A stretch of 64,000 nt of DNA from Schizochytrium sp. TIO01. Its lineage: Eukaryota > Protista > Bigyra: Labyrinthulomycetes. The position numbers and the translations under genes were made by a program. Location of the stretch: contig SMSO01000033.1 of assembly GCA_004764695.1 (NCBI GenBank), forward strand, positions 558,001 through 622,000. Direction: 5' to 3'. A model generated the notes under the pieces. It worked only from the letters and a program-made list of their open reading frames with translations. It ran no database searches and was not told the DNA's origin. Positions 33,039 to 45,009 of this stretch are shown in pieces (position 1 is the stretch's first letter; every line of letters begins with the position of its first letter).

Positions 33039-33556
33039 TAACGAGCAGCCAGAAACCTTGGTGTTTCTAGTACCAGGATATTGTCCACAGCACAGCTCTT
33101 CAAAATTTAGTCGCCTCGGTATCCTGAGGCGAGATCCCGCACAGCCTCAAGCCCTGGCGATGTCAAATTGGGTTCGTGTTTTTGTTCAACTTCAAGTTCT
33201 GATTTCAAAACTTAAAGTCAACGGAAGCATAATAGGTTTCGATATTCCCCTAATCATAATAGTCTAGTGCTAGGCAGTACTAGTACGGATACTACTTATG
33301 GGCTCTGCGCAACCCTTCTTAACATGTGCGCAACGCATTCTGATCAGCTCATTGCTAGCTCTCTCCTCTAAGACTTATATAGAGCTTGAGATACAAGTAC
33401 ATTAGAGCTATTCTAAGGGCATAAATAGTGTATTAGTACGCTGAGTTTGCATGTGTGGATGTTTGTTTAGTTATTTGGCACGGGGAATGTAAATCAGAGT
33501 CACTATCGTGGAAGCGAAGTAGATTGCTAACAAGGTGGGATTCGAGAGTGGCAACG

Positions 33557-34870
33557 ATGATGACGGAGGGCGCCTCTGAGCTGGCCGACCTCAGGCACCT
33601 CGGGGCCCCAGACGGGTCTGTGTCGCAGCACCATGTGCGCGCTGACTTGAGTACTCTAGGCTTGCCACAGACCACTGCTGGAACTGGTGGTGCTGCGGGT
33701 GAGGGCGAGGACCGCGGTCCTTTCGTGCTCATTTGCGGTGATGGCGATTGCTCTTATACGCTTTCCTTAGCGCTGCTTTTGAGAAAGGAAAATCGTCGTG
33801 CTCGAATTGTGGGAACCACACTTGATACTCATGAGGAAATGATGAAGTACGCCAGGTTTCCAGCTATCGAGGCGCGTCTCGCCGAATTTGACAATGTTAA
33901 GCTTGTCCACGGCGTTGATGCTCGCAAGATTGAAGAAAAACGTCAGGAGATTTTTGGTAATGATGAGCCATTTGCTCAGTTTGTGCTTTTCAACTTTCCG
34001 CATTATGGTGGGCATTCGCAAGTGCAGGTGAACCGCAAATTACTTGGAGACTTCTTCCTCTGTGCTCGCCATTTAATTCGCCCTGGAGAAGGTCAGATCT
34101 GGGTAAGTCTGATTTCTGGCCAAGGAGGAACTCAGGCGGAGCGCTTTAAGCGCTTGATTTGGGCAAACACCTGGCAAGTACAGGACCAAGCTGCTCAAGG
34201 TGGTCTTCTGATGCAGGATGTGGAGCCCGCACAACCTGCCTTATATCGGCTGGCTACTATTGACTCAGAGCTTGGTTACCGCCCTCGTGGTTACAAAGAT
34301 GGAGATGCAGGATTTCACCAAATTGGTTCGATCACGCACAAGTTCACCTGGCCACATGAGACGTTCTGTCCTCGTGCGCGCTATCCAATGACCTGGGAAG
34401 GCTCGCTCGGTCTGTACCTTGACCCTGAAAACTTTCAAATGGATCAGATGTTAGACTGTTTGCGTAAGCGCCTGCCTGGTGCTCGCTTTCGCACATGGAT
34501 TTTCGATAGGTATCTTGAGCCGTGGTCTCGGCGTTTTGGCCGCACATACCGTATTGAGGTCACCTCTTTAGAGGTAGCTGTGAGTCGAATGGAGGTCCAC
34601 CGCACCATGGAAGAGTTGAAGGAAGATATGTTGGCGTTGGAGCAGCATTATTTGGATCGCTACAACTTGCGTCGTTGGTCCAAACCTGAGATGCGGGCTG
34701 CGCGGGCAGCTGGAATCCTAGACGTTCCTCGCTTGGCTGCCGAGGCCGCCTTGGAACGAATGAACCCGAAGGCCCCGATAGACGATTCTTGGCGCGAAGA
34801 AGATTACGAGGAGGAAGAAGAAAACGAAGATGCTGATCCTTTTGGTGCATTCGCGAATATGAGTCTTTGA
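33557..34870 (+). CDS. FDXACB1: FDXACB1/Bmt5-like rRNA uridine-N3 methyltransferase (DUF2431) with FDX-ACB domain
   Basis: LICGDGDCSYTLSL, HGVDARK, FNFPHYGG, QVNRKLLGDFF, GQGGT, TWQV motifs; C-terminal FDRY...TYRI ferredoxin-fold domain. First ATG at 33557 (track start is GTG). Confidence 0.8.
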   Translation: MMTEGASELADLRHLGAPDGSVSQHHVRADLSTLGLPQTTAGTGGAAGEGEDRGPFVLICGDGDCSYTLSLALLLRKENRRARIVGTTLDTHEEMMKYARFPAIEARLAEFDNVKLVHGVDARKIEEKRQEIFGNDEPFAQFVLFNFPHYGGHSQVQVNRKLLGDFFLCARHLIRPGEGQIWVSLISGQGGTQAERFKRLIWANTWQVQDQAAQGGLLMQDVEPAQPALYRLATIDSELGYRPRGYKDGDAGFHQIGSITHKFTWPHETFCPRARYPMTWEGSLGLYLDPENFQMDQMLDCLRKRLPGARFRTWIFDRYLEPWSRRFGRTYRIEVTSLEVAVSRMEVHRTMEELKEDMLALEQHYLDRYNLRRWSKPEMRAARAAGILDVPRLAAEAALERMNPKAPIDDSWREEDYEEEEENEDADPFGAFANMSL

Positions 34871-35738
34871 GGTGCGAGAAGGCGATGAATACAGACCTTA
34901 TTTGAGCGAACCAAAAACATACCATGTTGGTGATATCAAAGACGTTGGAAACGATGGGCTCGTCTTTCATAATATGTTTGTTGGCTTAGGTCACAGATTA
35001 TCAAGTAAATAGGCCCTTCATTCTGTGGCAAAGGCCTTGTGTATTGTCTTCTACTTTAGACATTCATTCATCTGATCTCACAGTCTGGCTCGTCAGGATG
35101 CTCCAGCATTCACCAAACTTTAGCAACGCAACGCTCTTCTGCATATGCAGAGCTTTCAAGAATAGACCTGTGCACTTTCTCTTAGGAAGTCTTGTTTTGG
35201 TCCTGTTCAATTACCTATCATAACTGCCAGTTTGCCACAGGTTTGCGGGCATAACTACCCGCGCATCTGCGTTTTGTCGTAAATAAACAATTGTCACAAT
35301 TTTTTGAGATTCCTTCCCCCAATATAAGATTGCGGCTTTGAGAAAAGAGATCCAAAAAACCCTCTTGTTCATTTTTCTCTGGAGAAAACTGAATGTGTGT
35401 TTCAAATCACAGGATAAAATTTTCTTTACAAGCAAGATATTCGAGCTTTTCGAAAGAGAAGTAAACGGGGAAATAGAGTTGTCTGTGTGGGGGCAAGATA
35501 ACGAGAGAGAAACAAAAGAGAAGGCAGAGCAGCAACGGGACTCATAAATTGTGTTTTGTGCTGAGGTTAAGTAGGCAGAAAAGGTTATTGAATCTTGATT
35601 TAAAGCACGGTTCTGCACTTACGAGGAAGACTCACAGCAACTGTCGACCAATCCTCGGAGATGCATAGTCGAAGTCCAAAGCGGGACTTTTGATTATGCG
35701 AAAGATATGATTTGGCAGGGATGAAGACAAAAGGCAAA

Positions 35739-36937
35739 TTATTTGGACTCGCGCTTCTCCTTGAGCTCCTCAGGGGTAGACCAGGTGGCCTTGAGGGTGC
35801 CAACGAGGCCATCGCCAGTGATGCTGACCTTGAGGAGGCCAAGAACGGTGAGGCCGGTCACGGCGAGGAGGCCGACGCGGATGGCACTGTTGGGGGTGGC
35901 GACAGGTACATAGTCAGTGAGGATCCAGTTCATGCCGATGTGGGCGTGGAGGGGGAACACGATGGAGAGGAGAATGTCACACGGCATGGAGAGGAAGCTC
36001 GGGCTGGCAACAACGGCGATGGGTGTCAGCACAAGGGCGGCAATGCTCGTCTGGTGGAAGAGCTTCTGCACAGCGAGAGACTGGTCAGCTATTTATTCAC
36101 AAAAAAGAAAATGAAATACGAATGCTCCCATAAGAGAACATAAAGCAATATGTTAGTCATGGTTGTTTGATTTCTGTCATAGGAACGATGCATTCATTCT
36201 CAGGCGCGTTCACAATCGATTAAGTGTCTGTCTATTTCAATCTTCCATGATTTTCTATCTAAAGTCTGTCTTTGATGCACGGTAAGCAACGATCAACCTA
36301 AAGTGGGATCTGGGTTCACGTATCTGCGAAGTATAGGAAAGACTGGCTGACTGGCTCAATTGATCAAATAACTGTTGTGTCAATTTAAAAGACAAAGGGA
36401 GGGAAACTAATTCTCGAGAGGACCGTTTTGATTCAGCCATCAGTTCGCTTCGAGGTTTTCTATTTCCCATCCTCCACAGTTCACAATGTAGCCCACAGAA
36501 GTAGAAACCCTTGTTGCCCAGTCAGCGCCAAGGCTCTTCTCCTTGTTAATATAAAGGTCGGTGACACCATTTTGCCATTGCGCAAGATTGAGTGCCTCTG
36601 AATAGAAAATAGAAAGAAAAAAACAGCAGACGAACAAACCAAACGAACCAGAAGGCCAGAAGGAAATCATGAGACATAGCAAGACGACTTTCCAACACGC
36701 TCCAGATTAGCTGAGCACACATTAAGAGCAGCGCAGAGTCGAATGCTCTCCTTCGATTTTTTCAAAAAGAGGGAGATTTGAGGGAGGTTCGCCCTCGAAC
36801 TTACCGGCGACAAGGCTGAAGGGGGCGTCCGGCTTGGTGGCCATGGTGCGCACAGAGGTGGCACGGACGGCCGGGCGGGCGGAGGCGAGGCCGGCAGCGG
36901 CGACCTGGCGGCCCATGGGCATCATTGCGCGGAGCAT
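35739..36937 (-). CDS. SDH4: Succinate dehydrogenase small membrane anchor (SDH4/SDHD), two exons (36937-36805, 36088-35739)
   Basis: Arg/Ala-rich mitochondrial presequence exon ends at GTAAGT; branch ACTAAC near 36155; AG at 36090-36089. In-frame join gives FSLVAADQSLAVQKLFHQTS; PLHAHIG and TDY motifs; 160 aa. Confidence 0.85.
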
Positions 36938-37850
36938 GATTGTGTAGAGTGGCTTTGCCGTAGCGGAATGAATTCCCGGTTTCTTTCACCTTTGGTTATT
37001 ACCATTTCGTCACCATCGTCGTAGCACCGTCACATTCGCATATATCCATAACCCAAACCACAGAACGGAACGCCATTCCCCAGAAGAACAGAACGCCACA
37101 TAAGAGAAACAGAGGGAGGACAAAGAGAGCAAAGGAAGGAATAAGCGGGAAAAAGGAAATCGCAGCAGAGCAGTCGTAGCAGTCCGTAGGTGAGTGGTAC
37201 CCATAGATTAAAAGAAAGGAGAAAGAAAGAACGAAAAGGGAGAAAAGCAGGGAAATGAAATGCCGAAAAGTTTCATTCAATGAGTTGATTGAATGAATTC
37301 AAACAAAGGATCCACGATCCGCATGCGTCCGAGTCCGAAGGGCCGCCAAGAGGGTCCAAACGGAGGGTTCGCGGGCGTCAATGCACCGTCGTCGTCGTCG
37401 TAGTTGTCATGTTCACGTCAGTCTTCTGTTTCAGTCCCGTCCGCTTCGCCCGAGTCCCAGCAAGAGAGGCCTTCCTGCCTGCCTGCTTGTCTGTCTGCAT
37501 GCATGCTAAACAAGCCGCCGCTCGCGGATGTGCCCTGAGCGGCCGCAGTCCGTGCTCCAGGCCAGGCAGGACGCCTTCACAAATACAGTCTAGAAATGCA
37601 CGCATCCGCCGGGTCTCCCGGGCCGGCCCCCGTGCCGCCCTCGTCGCCATGCCCGCCCGCGCCGCTGCAGACCCGCGCCGCCTTCGCTTACCTATCGCGA
37701 TCTGCTTTTGCAGCTGCGCCTATTTTCTTCTGTCTCTCTGCTCTGTCCTAATTCCCGTAGAAAAGTAACCTAAGCAGAGCAAACTTGGTAAGAGATCAGC
37801 TAGCCAACCAGCTACCCTAAAGCCTAACCATTCCATGTAATGTAATAAAC

Positions 37851-37992
37851 AACTAACTAATTTAAATAACTAACTAATTTAAATAACCAACTAATCTAAA
37901 TAACTAACTAATTTAAATAACTAACTAATTTAAATAACTAACTAACTACTTGAGTAAGTAAGCTTAGTAAGTAAGTAAGTAAGTAAGTAGTA
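37851..37992. repeat. AT-rich 17-bp minisatellite (AACTAACTAATTTAAAT) followed by (AAGT)n
   Basis: Directly visible. Confidence 0.9.
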
Positions 37993-38552
37993 AGAGAGCG
38001 ACTAGGGGTCAGCTAGTCCTCTGTTGAACATCAGAGCCCCCTGCAAAGTGAAGTATTCCCTCACTCACTGTGGACCAAACCCATTCTTCATTCACCGCCC
38101 CTGTATACTCTACAGTGTGGCGCCCTATACTTCACTATCGCCGGCGCTGACAGCGGCATTCGGGGCCCCGCTAGAGGGCCTACGGCTTCTTACGCCGCCG
38201 CCGCTGCTGCTACTGCAAACGCTACGAGTGCTGGTACGAGTCTCTCTCTTTCTTTCTCTTTCTCTCTGTTTCTCTCTGTTTCTCTCTCACTCTCTTTTCC
38301 TGCTGCTGAGAAGCTGAAGTCCGCTTCGATCTCTCCAAGAGCGAGGCCAGTTCCGCTGCTCGCGCCGCCTCGCACAGACAGGGAAGTTCTGGCCAGGGCC
38401 TCTCGAGCATTGGCGCCGCCGCTCCTCCTCCGCCTCAGTGCCCGAAATCCGCTGTTTCCACCTTGCTGCCTGCTTTCCGTCTGTTATTTTGCTCAGCTCC
38501 CTCCAAAGCCCTTTGAAAAAGGCATAAAACTCCACAGTTCGGGCGGATTTCA

Positions 38553-38638
38553 AGAATCATAATCAGAAATAGAATCAGAATCAGAATCAGAATCAGAATC
38601 GAAATCATAATTAGAAATAGAATCAGAATCAGAATTAG
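38553..38638. repeat. (AATCAG)n degenerate microsatellite
   Basis: Directly visible. Confidence 0.9.
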
Positions 38639-40539
38639 AGTTCTTCATCAACACGCCAAACTATCCCTCGAGACCCTGAGACCACCACGCGAGCGAAGGC
38701 CTCAGAGGTGGGCCTCGAAGAGCCCTGCGCCGTCTTCGTCCTTCCTTTGCCCCCTTTCTTCGCCTTTAAAGTTTGCCTCTTCTTCTTCTTCTTCTTCTTC
38801 TAAGCTGTTGCCGCTGCTTAGAGGGCCCATGTATTACCCAGCACTGTAGACACTTCACAGGAGGGCCGCGGAATTACAGGGACCGCGCTGCCCGCATTAC
38901 TTCTAGTAGCGCCACTTACGGCTTGGGCTAAGAGCGGGTAGACAGAGTAGGGGTGTCGCTAGGACACCCGCGCTGCATGTAGCAGAAGGAGGCAGGACTC
39001 TAGGACTCGGCTAGAGGCGGCGGCAGAGGCTAGAGTGCGGCCAAAAGCCAGATACGGGTTTTGAGAGGAGGAGGGAGTCCTGCGCAGTTGGGTAGCTGTT
39101 TAGTAGGAAAGGTGATAGGGTGGGCAGAGGGGGCGTTAAGCTAGTAGTAGATAAATGTGAGGTTGGAGTGAGTGTAAGGTGCTAGGGATGGAGATGTATT
39201 CCTGGATGAACTGATAAGAGACTAGATAGAGGGATAGGTAGGACATCACTGAAATCCGTAGCAATCGCAAATACGCTTGTTCCGTACGGAGGGGAAGAGA
39301 TGTTCGTTCTCTTGCTAACTTCTTAGTAGGTAGCACCGCAAAAGTAAAAAGAGAAAAGGAAACACCAAACATCACTTACGCACCATGGCAGACTCGAGAT
39401 AGAATCGTTACAACTCTCCGGTATTTGAGGCCGGATAAAGCGCGAACACTCTGGCAGTAGATACTCATAATGCTGCCTCACATTATATCGTTTGCACAGC
39501 TGTTGCTTTTCTGCCTGTGTTGTGCATTTCGGCCTTCTACAGCGTGAGCAATGTGGAGTATGAACTCCAGGGACGCCAGGAGCGTGAGCGTCGCGACGAG
39601 AACGAGGGAAAAGAGTCCTAGCTACCGGCGAACGGACTGAGGAACACTGAGTGCCATAGTTTAACCAGGGGTGTTCTCTGGTGCAGAGGCGTTCTTTTCA
39701 TAGAGCACCGGCCTTGATTTGGTTCTTTGCAATAGCTCAAATTGAGCTGAGCTGAGGTTCGCTCTGATTTGTGGCGAGTCATCCAGGAGCAGTCAACGTG
39801 GAAGTCCCCGCATTGAAGCTGAGATGACGATCAGGACGAAGACTCAGCCCGCACATGGAATGTCTACAAGTAAATTAAAGGGTATATATATATTTATGTC
39901 GGAATGTCATTCTGAAACGAAGTGGTTATGTAGTTGAGGTCAGAGGTGACTTGCGCAGAGATGATCGCTGTTTGCCTTCGCAAGGGAAGAGAGGGAATCT
40001 AAGTATTGATGGAATTATAATTTTAAAATAGGGGTGGTAGCCAGCAGTGAGCGATGTAGAAGCATGATCTTCAATTTTATTAATAAATAAATAAAAAATT
40101 AAATTAAATTCTACAGAGAGCTGTCTTTGTAAGTCAAAAGCGATGAGGAGGAAGTCTGAAAAAAGGGTTCTCAAAGTCAGGGTCATATACTTTATTTGTT
40201 TTTACATAAAGAGAAAGATTATGCAAGCTTGGAGAGGCACTTCTGAAATGTAAATAGAGATAACCAAGGAAATGATGACTTAACGCGCAATAGTGTTTGA
40301 GATGTCGAAATATCCCAAAACATGCACGTGCACCCCCGGTTTTCTGAGCTTGTGTTTGTGGTGTTATAGTGGTGAGATTCTAACTTAATCTTTGACTAAC
40401 GATATCGCATTGACTAGTGAATGCGCTGATGTTTGTTGTGCCTATGGTTGCAAAATTAAGACAATAACCATTCAATTTCTTTTCTTTTGCTCTTGCTCTA
40501 CAGCTCATACGATAGGCCAAACACTAACTGCGTCAAAAG

Positions 40540-42558
40540 CTACTGTTGGGCAATAGCAAGCGAAGACACACATTGCGGGCTCTGAGCACGCTCAATGACC
40601 TCAGGGTCGAAAGAAATACGCACATGGCGGGAATTTTGAGGCGATTTGGTATTCATCTCGTGCTCAATGAGATCACGCCGTGTCATCAGAAGAGAAGGCT
40701 TCCGATTCAAAAGCTTTGCCTGCTGCTCAATAGCCTTAGTGTAAGTTGGGTTCATTTCAAGGCAGGATTTAAAGCGCTCAAGAGCAGCATCTTTATTACC
40801 TAGACTTGCGTGGCAAAGTCCGATGTTATGTTCTGTCACATGATGCTTTCCAACGAGGTCTGAAGACTTGGAGTAGAACACCAAGGCACGTTCGTACTCT
40901 TGAAGACCGTAATGGAACCTCCCGAGCTCAAAAGCAAAGTCCTTATCGTGTTCAAGTAGAAAATAGTTTTCCCAAGCACGCTCCATTCCACGTCGTAAAT
41001 CATCGAGAAGACGGACATTACACACTTCAAGGTTGTTCAAAAGGACATCGCGATATTTAAAAACTAGGTCTGCGTCCCAGTCGCTGAGCTGAAGTAATGC
41101 AATGACGGCCTTGACGAGCGTCTCATCTCGATCGGTCGTGGAATTCGCAAATTCGCGCTGCTGAAGGTGAAAGAAGTGATCTGGTCCAAAGCTTCCCACT
41201 GCCTCACGAAAGGCAAGTTTAAGGCTTGAAAACAGGCGTGTATGCGTTTTGGGTACTTCACCAAAGCAGTTCCACTCGCTTGTATCTACAAGAGAAGATG
41301 ATACTGCCACAGGTGTATCAATAACAAAACACGAAACCTTTAGAGACGCATCCTCAAGCGGGCAATGCAATGCAAAACCACCTTGTGCCTGAAACCACAG
41401 TCCAATTGCATGATAATTGACCATAAGCGAGAATGATCCATGGATAGCAATGTGCGGGTCACTCAAGCCGTTTTGCTGAAGCGAAATTGTGTTTGATTGA
41501 CCTTTGTCTCCAGACAGGAGCATGATGCGACCGGTGCGTGACAGGGAGCGAATTCGATCGAGGCAGCGAAAAGATTGTGTCGGGATTAAAAAGGACGCAT
41601 CAACCTTGTCAAAATGTTTTGAATACCAAGATAGCATTGCTGTCTCGATTGAGTTCCGAGATCCGTCCAAAGCTGCAGGTCTCCAAGACCACTGAGGCGT
41701 AAACCGATTTAGAATGGTTGGATCTGTTTTATCGCACTCCTCAGAAGCTGTACGAACACTGAGGAAGCCCTCGCATAACTCTCCCGATTTGACTCGAAAT
41801 GCATCTGCTGGTAACGTATCAAATAAGTAGTTTGCGACTACAATGGGCGGATTTGCCATCTCGCGAAGTTTTGTGCCACTCATCTGGAGATGAATATAGT
41901 CATCGTTGCAAGCATCAAACTTGGCAAAGTCGAGCAAGCCAGCGTTCAAGTATCTTTGCAAAGCAGGGTGAGTCCTCCAGAATCTGAACGGGGTTTCACA
42001 GAAATCTGTTAGTACATACTTGAAGCGGACCGGGGGTTCATCACCATAGAGAAGTTCCATACGTTCGACTAATGCTTTGAGAAGTAGAAATGAAAATTTG
42101 CCGGAGCCTACGCCTAACTCAATGATATAAACAGGCTCGCTTGGGTCCACTCCGTTGCGTGTGTGTAAGTCACTGAGGTAGCTCTGAATGATTTTAGCGT
42201 AGGATCGTGCGATGAATGCATTGCAAGTAATAAAGTGTGGCACAATTCCAAGAGACCAGGCGTCCACACCCTGGTCAGCATAGAACCGACGCATCATTTC
42301 CCAAAGGATACTTTGACTAAATCTAGTCTCCTTTTCAAGGATAAAGTCTCTCTTTGAGAGCTCATCCTGACTTTGCTTCTGAGAGTCTCCACAAGTCTTT
42401 TCTACCTGAGCTTCATGACCTTGAGTAAGTTGCTCTTTGCTTTCTTCAGATCGCGCAATTTCTACTTCAACACGACAGTCATCCAGTGCCTCCTCGTCTT
42501 TAGTTGACCCCTGATTCATTGTGATTGTCCCTGGGTTACTCTTGAAGGATCGTCCCAT
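40540..42558 (-). CDS. SAM-dependent methyltransferase (MidA/NDUFAF7-like fold) with C-terminal TPR repeats
   Basis: VPHFITCNAFIA, motif I YIIELGVGSGKFS, YVLTD, VVANYLFDTLPAD, LSGDKG; TPR-like FAFELGRFHYGLQEYERAL and HNIGLCHASLGNKDAAL. Confidence 0.8.
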   Translation of the reverse strand: MGRSFKSNPGTITMNQGSTKDEEALDDCRVEVEIARSEESKEQLTQGHEAQVEKTCGDSQKQSQDELSKRDFILEKETRFSQSILWEMMRRFYADQGVDAWSLGIVPHFITCNAFIARSYAKIIQSYLSDLHTRNGVDPSEPVYIIELGVGSGKFSFLLLKALVERMELLYGDEPPVRFKYVLTDFCETPFRFWRTHPALQRYLNAGLLDFAKFDACNDDYIHLQMSGTKLREMANPPIVVANYLFDTLPADAFRVKSGELCEGFLSVRTASEECDKTDPTILNRFTPQWSWRPAALDGSRNSIETAMLSWYSKHFDKVDASFLIPTQSFRCLDRIRSLSRTGRIMLLSGDKGQSNTISLQQNGLSDPHIAIHGSFSLMVNYHAIGLWFQAQGGFALHCPLEDASLKVSCFVIDTPVAVSSSLVDTSEWNCFGEVPKTHTRLFSSLKLAFREAVGSFGPDHFFHLQQREFANSTTDRDETLVKAVIALLQLSDWDADLVFKYRDVLLNNLEVCNVRLLDDLRRGMERAWENYFLLEHDKDFAFELGRFHYGLQEYERALVFYSKSSDLVGKHHVTEHNIGLCHASLGNKDAALERFKSCLEMNPTYTKAIEQQAKLLNRKPSLLMTRRDLIEHEMNTKSPQNSRHVRISFDPEVIERAQSPQCVSSLAIAQQ

Positions 42559-44927
42559 GATCTTCTTTCCAAGTCAATGCCTACACGACACGTACAGTGA
42601 AAGATAGAAACGTGGTGAAGGCGTGCAGAGAGTAACGCAGATTTTCCAATGTATCTCCACAGACGTCAAATCGTAGGTCGCAGACTTTATGTAGCTAAGG
42701 CGCAAAGCGTGAATAGGGTTTGTCAGAAAATGAAATTGTTTTTAAGTCTAGACGGACTCGAACTCGTTAGACTGCACAGAATAAAACAACCTTGCCAAGC
42801 TTTGGCAAAGCTATGTTACCTCGATCAAGACAAGGTGTAAAGTAAGCTAGATAGCTGCACGCCAAGTCGCCAAGCTGTGCTACGCTCTTCAAGAACAGTG
42901 CACGAGGTCGATGTTTATCCTAGTTTGGTGTCTGGCCATGCACCTCTTCAACTCCTTCGTTCGCTACCAAGTTTCAAGTTGGCACCAGGTCAATATATAT
43001 TTATAATGGTACCCGGACGGGATTGACGGTGCACGTAAACACAAGTGTCGCGTGCCCCGTGTGTTCTCTTGCTTTCTGAAGAGGGCTAGTTACTATTGCG
43101 CGCTGGAGACTAAGCTTCTTGTGTTTGAGAACTAACCTCATTCACCTTAATAATTAGGATGCTCTATTACACTTTGAACCATTCAATTAAGGTGGGTCGA
43201 TGGAGCAACCCCTCTAGTGAACGGATTCGTACCGATTTTCAGGACTTTACAAAGTAAAATCACAAAATTTATACATTGCTGGGGATACTATGTTTATATC
43301 CGCTCCAGACGGCCAGGAGTAGACATAGCAACAACATGACGACCATAGTTGCTTTAAGCATCCTGTGTTGTGATATAATTTCATGAGCATTCTTTCTTTC
43401 AAGCATTAGGTCGAACAGCACAAAGGAAGAGAATAGGTCCACCTAGTACCTCGAGTTAGCGGCTATACCTCTCTTTCTTTGATAAAAGTCACTCAAGTCG
43501 AAGCATACCACTGCATACGACTCATATCATATGGTCGCTGAGTGCCTTTCTGGGCAAGACAATCATAAGAATGAATATAGCAACGACGTTTGTGCACTCA
43601 CTTACGCTTTCAATCTATTAGCTGAGGAACTCGAATTCGACGTCAATTTTTCTCGGGTGGGTTCCTTTCTTATCCCACACAAGAATAAATTACATCTTTG
43701 CCCTAGTAGGCTCTTGCACACCTTTAAGAAAAGGGAGGAGAGCTCCCGAGACGACATGACATCAAAACAGGGCAGTCTACTACTACTTACATTAAATGAC
43801 AAAATCGTATGAGAAAGATTAGGAAGGAAGTGGCGTCAACTTTGAAGATGGTTGTAGCTCTCTCTCGCAGTCTCGTGTTGGAATCTGGGAGAAATATTCA
43901 AACGAATCATGGCAAGCATCGTTCATAGAATTGTTTTCAAAGCAGCGTTGCAGACACCTAACTGCTAGAAAGTGGCACTCTCTAGTTTATGAGGAGGATA
44001 TTCTTTGAACTGCAGATCTATAAGCTTTCTTATAGAACAGTTGAAAATAATTTGTCGCGTCAAAGGACCAACGAACGGTCTTATTTATCTCATTCGATTT
44101 ATGTAAGCTGAAAAATCGGTTGTTGTGCAAGTTGGACGAGTACAGCTACTCAAAAACTTTATAAAGTGGGCCTAGTCCTAACAGATTAAAGATCTTGAAG
44201 TTGAAGAAAATAGTTTCCACCCAAATTTGACCCACAATACCATCTTTAGTTGATCTGAAGGGCTTTGACTATTGAAGTGTAACTTTAGCAACTTTCCACC
44301 ACTAGCAATTTGATGTGGCATTCATTTACCATCACGATTCATGACTGTTGAGAATCAAGCTTCAGCAATAATATGATAAGCTGGCTCACGAAACTTCTTC
44401 CTGTTGCTTTGAAGTATGACTCTCTTTGAATTATTGATGTCTGCCACACCTCTTTCCTGCTTGCCAGTGCTATGCTACTACTTCCTTTCAGTAAGAACTC
44501 TTGCTTCTTATAAAGTTAAGTTTGTTATGAATCTTGCACTTCTAAAAAGAACAAGCAGAGCCTAACATGAGGTATTAAGACCCGCGTATGCACTCTTATT
44601 GAAGCAATATCGCGCGATCACGACTCCTATTGCACACACTCTTTTCTCTGTTTGCTAGTTTATCTCGCTGAGCTTTGTTTTCCTGATATATCTTATTGGA
44701 ATCGCAAAAGACATGCCACGCTCAAGCTCTTCTGATGCCTCCTGCTAGCTACTTGCAAAGCTGTGAGGATCCTTGTGATTTTGCAGCTTATCGCACGATG
44801 AGAGAAGGTGTATTACTTTATTTATTTATTTTGTATAAATTTATTGATTGAAAATGAGAAAGGGCTAGTCAGCGCACAAGCACGCTCGAAACTGGTCATC
44901 AATAAAAAATAAGAATGTAAAACAGCA

Positions 44928-44952
44928 GTTTGTTTGTTTGTTTGTTTGTTTG

Positions 44953-45007
<55 letters not shown>
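44928..45007. repeat. Compound microsatellite (GTTT)n(GATT)n
   Basis: Directly visible. Confidence 0.95.

Positions 45008-45009
<2 letters not shown>

Noticed and set aside
39795-39860. GGAAGTCCCCG resembling the RNase MRP P4 5' strand
   Set aside because: No matching 3' GGGGCT element downstream.
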